A stretch of 64,000 nt of DNA. Source: Glycera tridactyla (lineage: Eukaryota). Below are positions 14,051 through 28,100 of this stretch, in pieces; the first letter of the stretch is position 1; each line of letters opens with the position of its first letter. The position numbers and the translations under genes were made by a program. The notes under the pieces were generated by a model. It was given only the letters and a program-made list of their open reading frames with translations, was not told the DNA's origin and did no database searches. The DNA lies in the NCBI GenBank assembly GCA_965644265.1, contig OZ286460.1:51894001-51958000 (forward strand), in the 5' to 3' direction.

Positions 14051-16290
14051 TGAGCCCCATTGAGCAGTGATGCTGGTATATCAATTTTCTAATATTACTT
14101 TTGCGGAAAACTTGAGTAGTTAGTAATAAAAGTTCAAAACGTAATTGGAACAAATAGAACAAATGACATTCTCTGACAGTTTTACAGTCTTTGCACTTTT
14201 GTTGTTGAGTGAACACCAATTCTGCTTCAGCCACTTCTCTCATTGATGACCACTTTTTACGGTCCGCAACTCTCAGGTGAAATCACTCTTATCTACTCAC
14301 AGGGAACAAACAACATGAACCCAGGGCGTGCCGACTGGGATATCGACAGCTGGTTGTGTGTTTGAGAGTATGTTGCTGTATGCACGCAAAAGAAAAATGC
14401 TGTCAAAAGTGCCTCTTTTCTTAAACATTTTCAGTTTTCAAGTCCAATATAACCCAAACCACTGCATCACAAACCACTGCATCTGACTCACAGGAAATAC
14501 TGCGACCTACTCGATTGTCATTGACAAATGTAATCCTTCCAAGTTGATGATAGAATTCAACCAGTCATCCGACAGGCTTGTAGGAGTATTCCCGCCTCTT
14601 CCTAGAGATGCCACTACCGGCTAATAGTCTATTTCGGAATTAAACTGCATCATCAAGAGCAGCAGGAAGCAATGTTTCAGACTAACCGGGGATTTTGTCC
14701 CATTTACCAAAATATTCATATAAATGGCATTGCTCCTGTGGATTGTGTTCACAAATATTTACATTGAGTTTAAAAGGTGATATAAAGCGTGATCAGTATC
14801 ACATGTTGAATACCATTGTTTGCCATTTGTGATAAACTGAGTCTATTAAACCATCTCTATCTCATTCACAGTGAACTTGATTACTTGCACAAATGTGTAA
14901 GGACACAGAAATAGAGTTGAAGATATATATTTATTTTGTAAAGTATCACAGATAGTCAAGGTTTGTATGGCAAATGGCAGAAATTATTCAGAATGAAATC
15001 ATATTGAATAACATTTAACCGCAGAGCATGGGTTCATACAAGTGAAAAGCTTAGGATTTTTTCCTGTTTGAATTTCTAGTGTTTGCGATATCAATTTTTA
15101 TATCTCCTGCATATAGTTTTTCTGGATTCTTATGTGTGTCTAGCAAAATATCATTCAATTCTGTCATTGTTGGGATGCATATATCTGCATACCCGTCAGG
15201 TAGTCTATAAGACATGGTCAGACACTTCACTAGGGCTCTGATTTCATCAATGTTGGACATAGCAATTCTAATATTCAAACAAATAATATTCAAACAAACA
15301 ATATGAATACCCCCATTTTTTCACATGAGGCTTCCAAATTTGGATCATTCATCAAGTGTGTGAACAATGAGCCCCATTGAGCAGTGATGCTGGTATATCA
15401 ATTTGCTAATATTACTTTTGCAGAAAACTTGAGTAGTTAGTAATAAAAGTTCAAAACATAATTGGAACAAATAGAACAAATGACATTCTCTGACAGTTTC
15501 ACCATCTTTGCGCTTTTGTTGTTGAGTGAACACCAATTCTGCTTCAGCCACTTCCCTCATTGATGACCACTTTTTACGGTTCACAACTCTCAGGTGAAAT
15601 CACTCTTATCTACTCACAGGGAACAAATATGACCCAAACCACTGCATCACAAACCACTGCATCTGACTCGCAGAAAATAATGCGACCTACCCGATTGTCA
15701 TTTATAAATGTAATCCTTCTAATTTGACGATGGAATTCAACCAGTCATCCGACAGGCTTGTAGGAGTATTCCCGCCTCTTCCTAGAGAGGCAACTTCCAG
15801 CTAATAGTCTATTTCTGAATTAAACTCCATTATCAAGAACAGCAGGAAGCAATGTTTCAGACTAACTGGGGATTTTGTCCCATTTACCAAAATATTTCAA
15901 TAAATGACATTGCTCCTGTGGATTGTGTTCACAAATATCTATAAGTTTAAAAGATGCTAAAAAGCGTGACCAGTATTACATGTTGAATCCCATCGTTTGC
16001 CGAGTCCACTTGAAATAAACTCAGTCTATGAAATCATCTCTATCTCATTCACAGTGAACTTGATTACTGGCACAAATGTGTAAGGACACAGAAATAGAGT
16101 TGTAGATATTATTCATTTTGTAAAGTATCAAAAATAGTCAAGATTCGTATGGCAAATGGCAGAAATTATTCAGAATGAAATCATATTGAATACCATATAC
16201 ATATATATATGACACAAGTCAAAAGTACCCAAAAGGACTGTGAATACATTCAGTCCATACCATTCAAACATGGATCAAGGTAACATTTAA
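13735..16290. repeat. Tandem duplication of a ~1.3-kb unit (LINE endonuclease region + adjacent repeat)
   Basis: 13735-15040 aligns with 15057-16290 at high identity; the duplicated ORFs 13601-14050/15051-15293 and 14028-14243/15345-15584 show it. The first copy has an extra SINE fragment at ~14325-14450. Confidence 0.85.
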
Positions 16291-19200
16291 CTACAGAGCA
16301 TGATGAAATCAAGACAAGTGAAAGCAAGAAGGCATGACCTCAGATTTTACAAGTATCCAAGATATTCATGGTGAATAAAATAATTGATATACCACATTAA
16401 CCAGACACAGATGCATCAAGTATTGCATACCCCATATTTCGATTAATGAAAACCAACCCTGAGCATATGCTTTTCTTGAAGAAGAGTTCCAACGATGAAT
16501 TGAGCACTTGAGGAGTGGCCACTTTTGACAGCTGTAATCAGAATATGGTCAAAGACACTGTCTCTAGAAAGACATCGAGCTCTCAATGAAATATTAACTT
16601 GAAAGGCTGGATTAAAGATCCGAATATATATAGTGATGAACTTGAAAAAAGTTGATACTAGTGGTGGCCACCTAGATGAACATGTGATGACGAATCACGG
16701 ATGTGGAATGCATGTTCAGCTGATAGTGTGAGAGTGTGATCACTTGATGACATAGACGCTAGTGGATAACAGAAGAGGATTATCCCAGCCCTCTACACGA
16801 GTGGATACGGTTATAGCATGCCGGAGAAATACATCTCACCAGAGTAAGACGAACAATATCCACACATCACCGGTGGAACAAGTGCTCAGGCAAAACATCC
16901 ATCTTAGCAGCAGAGAGACTTCAAGTCCTCAAGTATTCAGCATCCATAAGCCAGGAAGGCGATGTTGAAAGGTACGTGTCCTGAAGAGTATGCACTCTTC
17001 AGGATGACATCTCGGACATGGTGACCGCTGCAAGAAAAATATGTCCCACCACTGTGTCCAAGTATCATATGAAAAGTAATAGATTCAAATTAAATTCAAT
17101 ATCTTTAAACAACTCTTAATTTTATTTATTTGTTGCGTGCACTTAGTCACATTGCAATTGCCAGATCTATTATAGTGGGAAGGCAGGATCCCACTTTCAT
17201 TCCCCACCAAGTAAATAGCCCAAGGATTTAAGCTAATAGCTATCCATGTTCAAGTTACTCAAAAAATTTCAACAATCAGTTGAAAGGATTGTCAATGACA
17301 ATCGGCAAGTATCATCTTTGGAAAGAAATTTCAATGCACTAAATCATTATCAACAGAGAAGGCACCAAGTCAACTAAGTTAATCAATTAATGATGAAGGC
17401 ATTGAAATATCATCAGCTGTGTCAGAGAGAGCCAAGCTCTGGGGGTATGAACCAGAAAGGTGAAAACACCAAGTACTCTCTCAACCAGCTGGGGTTATGA
17501 TGCAGCAGCAATACAACAAAAAAGTTGAAGTCCAACTGTCTGCATGGAAAGAGCAAGCACGCTTTTCAAAAGCAAAAATTAGTCAAGATCTCACCAAATT
17601 CAATTCAAAAATTTGAATAAATTCAAAATTGATTTTGATTCAAGAAATCAAATTAGAATTAAATTCATCATTGAGAAGATAATCTATTTGAAACAAGTAG
17701 TTTTTATAGACAGAATCAGAAGCAGGATACCACTCACCGAAGCAGGTGGCAATGATCTGAAAACAACATCAGTTCCCCCCTCCCATTCACTGGCAGTTTA
17801 ACCTACCCAACATAGACCGGAACGCACTAAGTCACAGCTGCATTAGCAGCGGGGTCTACGTTCCGATCGACCAAGTTTGTGCTAAGTTCGAATTCCAAAA
17901 TTCACTAAATCCCAATTTCAACTCATTTCAAGCCATTTGGAAATGTCTGATGTCAAAATTAATTGTGAATTTTGCAAAACATAAGAGCGAAATGCATTTA
18001 TATGCAGAAATCAGCTGTTCAACTCAGAATCAACAGAAAGTATTTCAGAGCCCGAATGAAAGTGATTTGCAGCCTTTTTCTTTCCGGAAGCAAAACGATC
18101 ACAAATGCAACATTTTGATGGCCTAAAATCATTTCAACTTAGGTTTCCTTCAAAAACATAGCTCAACGTCAAGCCACAGATCACATAGATCAAAAATCTC
18201 GAGGTGGTCCCAATACAGAGGTTTTATTCAAAAAGTAGGTCATGAGATAGAGGAACATGGCACAAGACTGAGCATGCATAGGATGGGTCCATGCTTAGGA
18301 GATACAGTGTTTAGGACAGAAATCAAGCTTATCAGAGTGGACCTTCTCAGAAGAAGTCTAAAATCAGGCTGGGCACATGATTCACGAGCAGTCCCTCAAT
18401 GGAAAACAAAAGAAGCCTTGTTTTGTTTTCTCCTCACCATTCCCATTACAAACAAGAGCACCATAGATACACCATCAGATCTCCAAGTGACGAATTTGAC
18501 ATTTGTGATCATATAAAGCGAAATGTCATCAATCTAGAATTTGAACGTTAAACAAACAAGCTATTCAAGTGGAAATACTTTCAGGAAACTAAAATTCAAG
18601 CATATTTGAATAATCGATCGGTTAATCGCACAAAATTTCCAGAATTTCAAACCATATGAAAGACGATTGAGTATTGCCTTCTCTAAACAAGCCGTTTCAA
18701 TGAAAATACAGGTTTTCAAGGAATATTTCACCCGAAAATGGAGAGATTGACTGAATCTCTATTCCAATGATTGTAGAAGCTTTGGGTCAAAACACACAGA
18801 TTCTGAGAGAAAATAAACTGCTGTCTCTGTCTGTATTTCAACTTGAAATGATCTTACAGAAATATTTCTTTTACATATGCATTCCTATTTGAATTATCTG
18901 TGCAAATATTTGAATTTTGAATGATTCAAATAAATTGATCACACAGACAATTGAGGATATTTCTAACCAATTCAGAACTGACACTTAGGTGTTATATTGA
19001 GATGTTAGACAGTTCATACACACAACTTCCCTCACCCGACAGATTCAGTGAGTCCAAGGGAAATAAAAACCAGCTTCTGTTCATCCCTGTTCCACCCATA
19101 CTGTCATATTGTACTGGGAACAATACTGGAGGAACATGGCCTAGTTCCACGCTGTTCCTCTGGTTCCACAATGTTCTACATACTTCCACATTGACCGGAA

Positions 19201-20295
19201 TAGCACAGGGAATTCACAGAAACAACTTTAGACTGTTGTAAATAATGTAAATTATCAGCTGGAAATGGATTTACAAGGCATTTTGAAAGCACAATTTTTA
19301 GCATCAAAAATCATCCAAACAAGCAAAATTCAGATTTTCAGACCATGTATGCTGGAAATTCAATGCATTCAAAACAAAGCATGGAAGATCCGATGACATG
19401 TAATGGCATGATACTAAAATGGCCAGTGGAGCAAGTAAGGACAATGACTCCTAATAAAGCCTCCTAAATGATCCTAAAACCACTGCTAATCAAGTTAAAC
19501 ACTTGCATCAGTCACTCTTAGCTGTTCATTAACTGGAGTCCATAGCAATGTCCGAGGCAGCGATCTCAGAAGGGACAATCACATGGCAAAACTTCCCAAC
19601 TCCAACAGCTCCAATGCGTACTCTTCAGGACAAAATTTTCAAGTGTCAGAATCTGGGGACTGAACACTTTTATCTAACTGTCCTGGATCATTAGAAAGAG
19701 CGGGAACTGTGAGCGGGAGAGAAGCTGCCAACCTCTCCAAGTCAGATACCCTGAATCTATCCAATTCTGGCTAAAAGAGAGTTTTTGCATGTCACTTTTA
19801 TGTCTATTTCCACGGACTCGACTCCAAGCTCGCCGAATCTGGGAACCAATCACCACACTGTGTGATCAAAACTAATGATGAAAAACGGATTGAAAACAGT
19901 CTTCACATCGCTCTAACTTTTTTCCTCGAATCTTTATTTTTCGCTGAGATATCCTCAATTTTTTAGAGGACACCTAGAAACACTGCGAGCTGGGCGCATT
20001 CCGAGTACAGCGAGTCTGCCATGCATTACTCAATCTTCTGTTGCTATGCCAACAGCCTTTCAAATAAAGATGCCCAAACTAGAAAAACTGACGGGGCCAC
20101 ATATAATTTTCAATGATTATATGTGAAAATACCTCCAGCGAATTACAATAGAAAGGAATTTATACACTCCCAGGACGGGGGACTAGTGCAGCGGGCTTCA
20201 AAAGGAATTACCGCGAACTTAACTAAATGAAATCCCTGTATTTTTCATGTTTATCTATCTAACATCACGGCATGCAAAAACATGGCGTTACAAAA
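15700..20295 (+). repeat. Unclassified long interspersed repeat, copy A (inverted homolog of 33625-37560)
   Basis: Colinear inverted blocks: 15730-15900 vs 37380-37550, 16480-16740 vs 36570-36800, 17950-19520 vs 34520-36140, 19970-20295 vs 33625-33950. Copy A has ~0.9 kb extra at 17050-17940. Confidence 0.8.
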
Positions 20296-20314
20296 AGCTG
20301 GAGACAAATGATGA

Positions 20315-20545
20315 TGCAACCTGCCCATCTATATCACCGATCAGCACCAGGAACTGAAGAGGCCCTTGACTGATCGTTCTGGTACACCTGTTATCACTTC
20401 AACTCTCCATGATTGCACTTCATTTACAATGACGGACTGGGTTCTCCACTGGCCGAGCTTCTCTAGGAGTTTGATGATATGTGATGTCAGTGCTAGTGGC
20501 CTATACTGCTTTGAGAGCCCTCGACTACCACCCTTGAGGATTTAG
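20315..20545 (-). mobile_element. Internally deleted LINE RT fragment (CR1/L2 group)
   Basis: The minus strand gives KGGSRGLSKQYRPLALTSHIIKLLEK joined directly to RTQSVIVNEVQSWRVEVITGVPERSV, i.e. two RT motifs with the intervening sequence missing. Confidence 0.65.
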
Positions 20546-21084
20546 GAAATCAGCAATAGAAACATCTGCGGCGGTTCATAAAGAATCACAAACCTATTAC
20601 TGTAAGTTACCTGATTGGTCAACAGTGTCCTCAGCTATCCCTGATTTTCATATCATTCCTGCCGTTGGGGACCCAGAGGAAGTCTTGATTGAGCCCACCC
20701 ATGTCTCGGGGGGGGGGGGGGGGGGGGTAGCTACTCACACTATCAGGGAGTATGTATATGCTCTGCCCTTTTGCCTCCCCTGTTTTGAGTGAAGCCGATC
20801 TTCAGAGATCTGTTTGGCCCATCTTCCCAGGACTGACAGATCTCTTCGCTGTGTCTCCATCCATCAGCTACAGATCTGATTGCCCCCCCCCCCCAATTAG
20901 CAATCACCCGGCACCTTTCTTGAGGAGAGTGAGTGAGCAGTGAAAAGATCCCATAGCCCCCTCACAGTGGGCAGTTGATATATATATGACAAGGTATTCA
21001 TCCTTTCGCCACAACTGACTCCTGACTCGTCCATGTGGTGGAGATTAGATATGCCTCACTGCCTCAAGTGTAACCTTTTACTGA

Positions 21085-21560
21085 CAGAGTCTGTCTGTCT
21101 GTCCGTCTGTCCGTCTGTCCGCCCGTCCGTCCGTCCGTCCATCCCTCTGTCCATCCCTCTGTCCATCCCTCTGTCCATCTGCATCCATCCATCTCTCTGT
21201 CTGTCTGGTCTTTTTCTTTCCCTCTGTCTTAACAGATCCTCAACATATAGCACAAATGTCATTTGGTGATAGGGAACAGGTATATACTTACCATATTCTG
21301 CTGGTTACACGTCCCTGGCGCGTGAATATTTTTTTCATGAAAAGGGCACATTCTATCTGATGAAAAATCCAGATTTCAAGACCTGTAAATTGAACTGACA
21401 GAGTCTGTCTGTCTGTCTGGTCTCTTCTCTCTGTCTGGTCTCTGCTCTCTGTTTCGACTGATCCTCAGCATATATCACACAGGTCATTTGGTTATTTTTT
21501 CATGAAAAGGGGGCATTCTATCTGATGAAAAATCAAAATTTCGAGACCTGCANNNNNNNN
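21085..21560. repeat. (GTCY)n-containing repeat unit in 2-3 local copies (continues 21800-21887 and 22643-22765)
   Basis: Recurring blocks gatcctca(a/g)catatagcaca..tgtcatttggtgata and ttttttcatgaaaa..ctgatga..gagacctg, with GTCT/GTCC microsatellites. Confidence 0.7.
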
Positions 21561-21887
21561 NNNNNNNNNNNNNNNNNNNNNNNNNNNNNNNNNNNNNNNN
21601 NNNNNNNNNNNNNNNNNNNNNNNNNNNNNNNNNNNNNNNNNNNNNNNNNNNNNNNNNNNNNNNNNNNNNNNNNNNNNNNNNNNNNNNNNNNNNNNNNNNN
21701 NNNNNNNNNNNNNNNNNNNNNNNNNNNNNNNNNNNNNNNNNNNNNNNNNNNNNNNNNNNNNNNNNNNNNNNNNNNNNNNNNNNNNNNNNNNNNNNNNNNC
21801 TGTCTGGTCTCTCCTCTCTGTCTGTCTGGTCTCTCCTCTCTGTTTCAGCTGATCCTCAGCATATAGCACACATGTCATTTGGTGATA

Positions 21888-22642
21888 CAGGGCTCAATGT
21901 TGGGAAGAAAAGTCAGGAGCCAGCTGGCCCCTGGGTTTTCCCTTTTGGTAGCCAGCTGTTGTTTTTGGTCGCCAGAATTTTTTTCTGTTCATCAGAAAGG
22001 TCTTTCTTGGTAGCCAGACACTTTTTTTAGTAGCCACTTGTGAAATAGTGACCATCCCTCCTTTAGGAATCTCGTACTGTGCTAGTCACGAGTGGATCGC
22101 CCATGGCAATGCATTATGGCCAATTGCATTGAATATTGAAGGTCCAGTAAAAGTTTGTCGAACTGCCTTCATTCAAGCTCTCCGCCATGATTTAGTAGAT
22201 TTTTTATTCTCGCATCATATTAATGGTAGGCTGGCTTATAAATTCGCCGAATAGACATCTCGTATAGAGATGCGGGGCACAATTTATCAGCACAGCTTCA
22301 GGCGGGAATGACCCTCATTAACATAATTTATACGGAGTACCGCACGCACCACGATGGCATCTCGCACACCATATTCCCTACAATCCCGGTCTGGTTTCTT
22401 ATTCTTTCCTCTATATCATGTTTATGCACTGCGATCTCTCAGGGAATGAGGTTTGTTGTCAGAGGAGACAAGATGGCCGCCGCCGGAAGAAATAAATGCT
22501 GCATTGTGAGCTCATTGACAAGATTGGTCATTTATTAGTATTCACCTATTTGATAGTTCATTCACAAAAATAACCGTGTTTCCCCTGTTCGCCGACATGC
22601 GACTCGCCGTCTGCGACCTGTGAGTCACAATGTCAAGCCCTG
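21888..22642. mobile_element. Non-autonomous hAT-like element with a 5-bp TSD
   Basis: TIR CAGGGCTCAATGTTG / CAGGGCTTGACATTG (11 of 15). TGATA is duplicated at 21883-21887 and 22643-22647. An empty paralogous site (tttggTGATAggg) lies at 21262-21274. Subterminal GTAGCCA(G) repeats. Confidence 0.75.
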
Positions 22643-23766
22643 TGATAGGGATCAGGTATATAATTACCATATTCTGCTGACAAGACACCCCCAGAATTTT
22701 TTTTCATGAAAAAGGCGCATTTTATCTGATGAGAAATCCAAATTTCGAGACCTGCAAATTAGCGGCCAGCATTTGGCAATAATTTGGGGAAATGCGCTAT
22801 TGGAATGTCTCTCCTGCCAAAGCCCAGAAAATAACAACTATTTGTTCTTCTAAATTGTGGACATAAAAAGTATGAGCCTAAAAAAACCAATCACTGTTCA
22901 GTGATATGCACCATTTTCGTTACACAAAGCATATATTCAATCAGCAAAGAAAAAGCTGCACAGATTTTCTTCACTCCAGTGCGTCTCTATTGTCACGTGT
23001 TCCGGCACGAGGCTGACGGCCGAGATTCATCCCAAAGTATTATGCAAGAATCCATGATATAAGGAACATAGTGTGGTATTCATACAGTTCTTCCCATTTT
23101 ATGACTTCAATTTTTGGCATTGACTGGTTGACCAAAACATTTTTACTCAACATTTTTGCATGAACAGATATTTTTGAACCCCATCTTTCAAAAAGAATTT
23201 ACACCACTTTTCATCATAAACAGATATTTTTGCCCTCATGAATTTATGATTCCGTATCTTTTTGATGAATTTTCTTCTGGCAGCAGATCTTTTTGGGTCT
23301 ACTTTCGGGTGCGCACATATCTTTTTGGCCCCATGTTTTGCCATGGACCAGATCCCGTTGGGTCTTTTTTTCCCCGCGGCCGATCCCCTGCGGGAAAATT
23401 TTGGGAGAGTACCCCCCCTCCCTCCGCCATGTCTATGGCAGTGTAGCCCATCTAGTTCTTAGTCGGTGCTCTTTGACCGGGTGGCATAGTTCATAATATG
23501 TATTATCTTTATCCTGTCCTTCTCGTTGTGCTCGTCCTAGAAAATGCCGTTCATGTCATGTCGAATAATTTGAGACCTGCAAACATTACTCAGTCATGAA
23601 TAAAATAGGAACACCTATGCGAATGACAAAAGGTCAGATGCATTTTGGTGGCGACATGCCCACGCATTCCTCTGTTGATGAAACTGTGATGCAGTCAACC
23701 GACTGGTGCCGCCGTCATCGCTATCCGCATGCCGTGTATGGAATGCCGAAAACGCCGCAGTGAGTT

Positions 23767-25102
23767 CCCAGTAAACATGACCAAAATGGGCCATTTATGG
23801 ACCATTTCAGTTTCCCCATTTCTACTGATCAGAGCCACATCCGGCTTGCCATATGACCCAAATGGTACCACTCACTTGCCTAAATGGCTACTATAATGTT
23901 CGCACACAGATACCGAAATGGGCCATTTCTGTTAGCCATAACTGGTTCTCAAATGGGCCCATTCAGGGCCATTTACTGTAAGCCATTTTGTTGCCATATC
24001 CGTTCCCGAAATGGGCCAGCTTGGTCAGCCATAACTGGGCCAGATGTGGGCCAGTTCATATCCATTTTGCTTTCTTCATCCGAGCCATAAGCAACCCATT
24101 ACCCAATCAGCCTGTCGTCATAGGTTTGTTTTCAAACCACATTCACGAATGAAGACAAACAATAAATATAGAGAAGTCAGTTTTTATTACAGAACACTGA
24201 CATGTGCTTGATATCACTGAATAACAGATAACCTGGGTTTACAATATCTTACAATGGAACCTTATGATACAGAACACTCTATAAATAAAGTACAGTCAGA
24301 CCTGTATTCAGCAACCACCCTTGGGACAGTGAAAACTGGTTGCTTAAGACAAGTGGTTGTCTAGTACAGGTTAATTATAGTGAGAAATATTCTGGAGGGA
24401 TTTTCAAAAGTGGTTGCTTAAGGCAGGTGGTTGCTTAATACAGGTGCCCTTCATAGCAGGTTCAACTGTAGTCATGATTGCTTCAACCAAGCTCAGTATT
24501 AACCAAAACCCATTATGACTGTCTAGAGCACAACCTGTGTCGAGTATTATGGGTCAATATCAAAGGCAAGACATTGAAATGGCGTGGAAATGGTTCTGAT
24601 ATGGCTTGCCATTTTAAACCACATGGTCAATACGTCACCTATTATCACTCAGCTTTCAACACAAATTGTGCCAAGATGAGGCAACTGTGCATCACAATCT
24701 ACTGTCAGTTATCACAAAGATGATCATAATATTTAACTTCGGACAGATATAATTGGCTCCAATGTCTTTGATACCTACTGTTATGCATGATGTGTCTTTA
24801 GAACTTCTCTCCTGTTGTTGATACATCCTCATGCAATCCAGCAATGCCGACCCGACTGCCCAAATGAATGCATGAGCAGCACCATGTGCCACTGAACTAG
24901 TATTTTCACTGGCAGTCAATAGATGGCGTTTCAGCTTGCGAAATGGCTCAGTTCAGGCTGACTTATGGCAAGCCATATCTGGCTTAGGAATTGCAGCCAG
25001 AAGTGGGCCATTTGAGGTACTAAATGGCAAACCATAAGCCATTTCTGCCATATCTTGCCAGAATAAAACCAGAAATGGCCCATTTCGGTCATGTTTACTG
25101 GG
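23767..25102. mobile_element. Non-autonomous TIR element with CCCAG termini and a 2-bp TSD (EnSpm/CMC-like)
   Basis: 30-bp TIR cccagtaaacatgacc(a/g)aaatgggccattt with 1 mismatch; TT on both flanks. Subterminal aaatgggcc/gccat repeats. Contains the MITE at 24293. Confidence 0.7.
24293..24468. mobile_element. MITE, CAGT...ACTG, TA TSD
   Basis: TA|cagtcagacctg ... caggttcaactg|TA; internal ggttgcttaa repeats. Confidence 0.8.
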
Positions 25103-28100
25103 TTCTTGTGCAGGTATACATCAGCTCTCATGTCTGCGTGTGGTGAGTCAGTCGACTTGATCAGTATTCGACTGATCACGTCTGCTTAGCAATCAAAACC
25201 CAGTTCATGCCGACTGAGGTATGGGAGTAGGGGATTGCCCCCACCAATGGTGCCTCAATTCTGCAGTGGGATACCACCCAGTGTGGTTGAAATGTCGTTA
25301 AACCTGAACAAACAAACATCAGCGCTTATGCCTGAAGTGAGTACGTATATAATGTGGATCTGTGCTGAAATATCGGTTGAAAAAATATAGTGATTTATAG
25401 TCTTGTATCTTCACCTGACTCGACATAACTTTTTTGGCGGGCTTGCCCGATGGTGAACCATTATTAAATCCCAAGGATATATTCGCACATAAACATATAT
25501 ATATATATTCACCTGAGTCTAGCAGTCCACGATGTCTACCACTCTCTATAGCCAATAGTCTACAAGTACCCATTCACACCTGGATGAAGTGGAGTGGTAG
25601 AGTACCAAATATCCATCAAGTTTCTTCATTTCTTCTCAATAATGTTGGCATAGGGCTCAAACCAAATCGAATCTCAAGCTCTACTCGAATGGTTCGGTGC
25701 AACGCATGATGGCTGAAGGAAAGATCCGTACAATATCAGGACCCAGTTAGACCAATGAGATCTTCAGTCAGGTAAACAAAGAGACAGATGGCATACCCGT
25801 CACATTTGAAATGCAGAACAACCAACAAGCCATTCAAACCAACCCATATGAAAAGTGACCGAGGACAATATATGCTCTTATGCTCCTACATGCATGCAGG
25901 AATAGACTCCCATACAAACGGCCGGCATATCAAAGGCCGGTCGTGTGTGTGGGCATCTATTCTTATATGTACGTAAAAGAACCACTGCTGTCCTTCGCAA
26001 TGGGTAGGGGATTTCCCTCGGCAGCGGTGTCTTTTCTTCAGCATTTTCAGTCCGATATGACATAGGTTGGAAAGACATTAAACCTTAGCAAACACCAAAA
26101 CAAACAACAAACAAACAAGTGCACATCAATAATGATGCGTGTGAACGGAAGGATGGGCTCTTGATGAGTGTTTGAGCCGGGTGCAAGCCAGGTGGTTGGT
26201 TGGTTGCGAGGGTTGTCATCGTGGGATGTGAGTCATCAGCAGTCAGTCAGCGGCGTGTCAGTCCAACCTCTCATTTACTTATTTACCATAGTGGAATACA
26301 CAGGCTGGAGACCCCAACATGGCACCTCAGGGTAAGCTAAGATACCTGGCTGTCTTTCTGTCTATGTATGTATGTGTGTGTCTGTCTGCCCTGGTGGGTA
26401 GGGTGGGGTCCAGGCTCTCTATATAGATGACAGCGACCAATTTGCGTGAGACATTTTCTTTGAAGTGTTGCCATCAAAAATGATGTGGCATTATCCGTAG
26501 CATTATCCCTTCTCTTTTTCTCAATAGCCTTCAGATTTTTCTGGCATCTGCCTTTAGGCATTTTCCACCAAAATAATACTATCACCAGGTTACTTTTTCT
26601 TCACATTTTCTCTAGTCCTCTGAGCACTATCTTACTTCTTCAGCAAGATGGCTTTAGATGTAGGTAGCTAACACTTTGCCTGTGGCAGATTTTGTCACTA
26701 TGCAAAAAGCGGGCACCAAGCACACCAGCTCTGGATTACTAGGTTGTGTCTGACAAGGTTTACTAGGTTGTGTGATGGCATTCCACTGCTAGTATAGGAC
26801 ACCCATAATTGTAAAGCTGGCTTGAAGTTAACAGTTTATATTCTCTGGATCTAATGCTTTTCCTTGTCTCAAATGCTGCGCTTTGCTAAAAATGGCATTG
26901 CTTTTGGGCTTGTGTGTCAGCTTCCAGCCAGTTACATAGTTAGATAAGCCATCATTATATTCAGTATGTTCATGTTTAGTAGGTAGGGGTGTGTCTAAAC
27001 TGTCAGCTACTTCAACTTGACAACCCTCCAGGTTCCCCATCACCTTGTTTTTAGAGTTTGTGTAAGTGATGCCTGAACATCTAGCTTTCACAAGGATACA
27101 CAATCCTTTGGATTGATACATGCCGTTAAACATGAAACAATCAATCAATCCCTGCCTGTCTGTCACTATATCTTTCTCTTNNNNNNNNNNNNNNNNNNNN
27201 NNNNNNNNNNNNNNNNNNNNNNNNNNNNNNNNNNNNNNNNNNNNNNNNNNNNNNNNNNNNNNNNNNNNNNNNNNNNNNNNNNNNNNNNNNNNNNNNNNNN
27301 NNNNNNNNNNNNNNNNNNNNNNNNNNNNNNNNNNNNNNNNNNNNNNNNNNNNNNNNNNNNNNNNNNNNNNNNNNNNNNNNNNNNNNNNNNNNNNNNNNNN
27401 NNNNNNNNNNNNNNNNNNNNNNNNNNNNNNNNNNNNNNNNNNNNNNNNNNNNNNNNNNNNNNNNNNNNNNNNNNNNNNNNNNNNNNNNNNNNNNNNNNNN
27501 NNNNNNNNNNNNNNNNNNNNNNNNNNNNNNNNNNNNNNNNNNNNNNNNNNNNNNNNNNNNNNNNNNNNNNNNNNNNNNNNNATCTGATATCCTGTGCTGC
27601 TGACTGGGTTATCAAAGGTATTCAAAGTCGATGCTGCATGCACGTAAAATATCCACTCTGTTATTTTCCAGAAAGTAGGGAAGTTTATCTGCAGGAGTGT
27701 GGTAAGTGGTTGTTTCGTGGAGACAAATTTAAGAATGGCAGAAAACAGAAACAAATTTGATTTTTTTTTTCAAATTCTACATGTTTTAGAACCTACCATA
27801 AGTTCACGCCTTTCTCATTCAATCAATCCCAGGAACTGATGATACCCAATTCACGATTATGCACCACGCTCTTCACATGTTACATCTTTTATTTGGTGTC
27901 ACTCATTGAGAACAATGAGTTGGTGCATTCCCTCCGTGAAAAACTGATCTAGTTTATCATGGAGTGGAATCGCAAATCATATATCGCAGTGTCATTCAAT
28001 TCGGAGTATCCCAATTCGGAGAGATAACCACCACATTCAATTCTCAGATGGGATGATGTGTGTTCCGGGCAGAGGTAGAAATGTACGCCGGCTGATCATC

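Noticed and set aside
22725-22755. Hammerhead-like CTGATGA-GAAAT-CCAA-ATTTC-GAGAC (similar at ~21357 and ~21522)
   Set aside because: GAGA/AAGA replaces the invariant GAAA in all three copies, and I found no convincing stem I or stem III partner.
26828-27180. ~115 open codons on the minus strand next to a gap
   Set aside because: No recognisable motif or supported splice partner; cannot be distinguished from chance.
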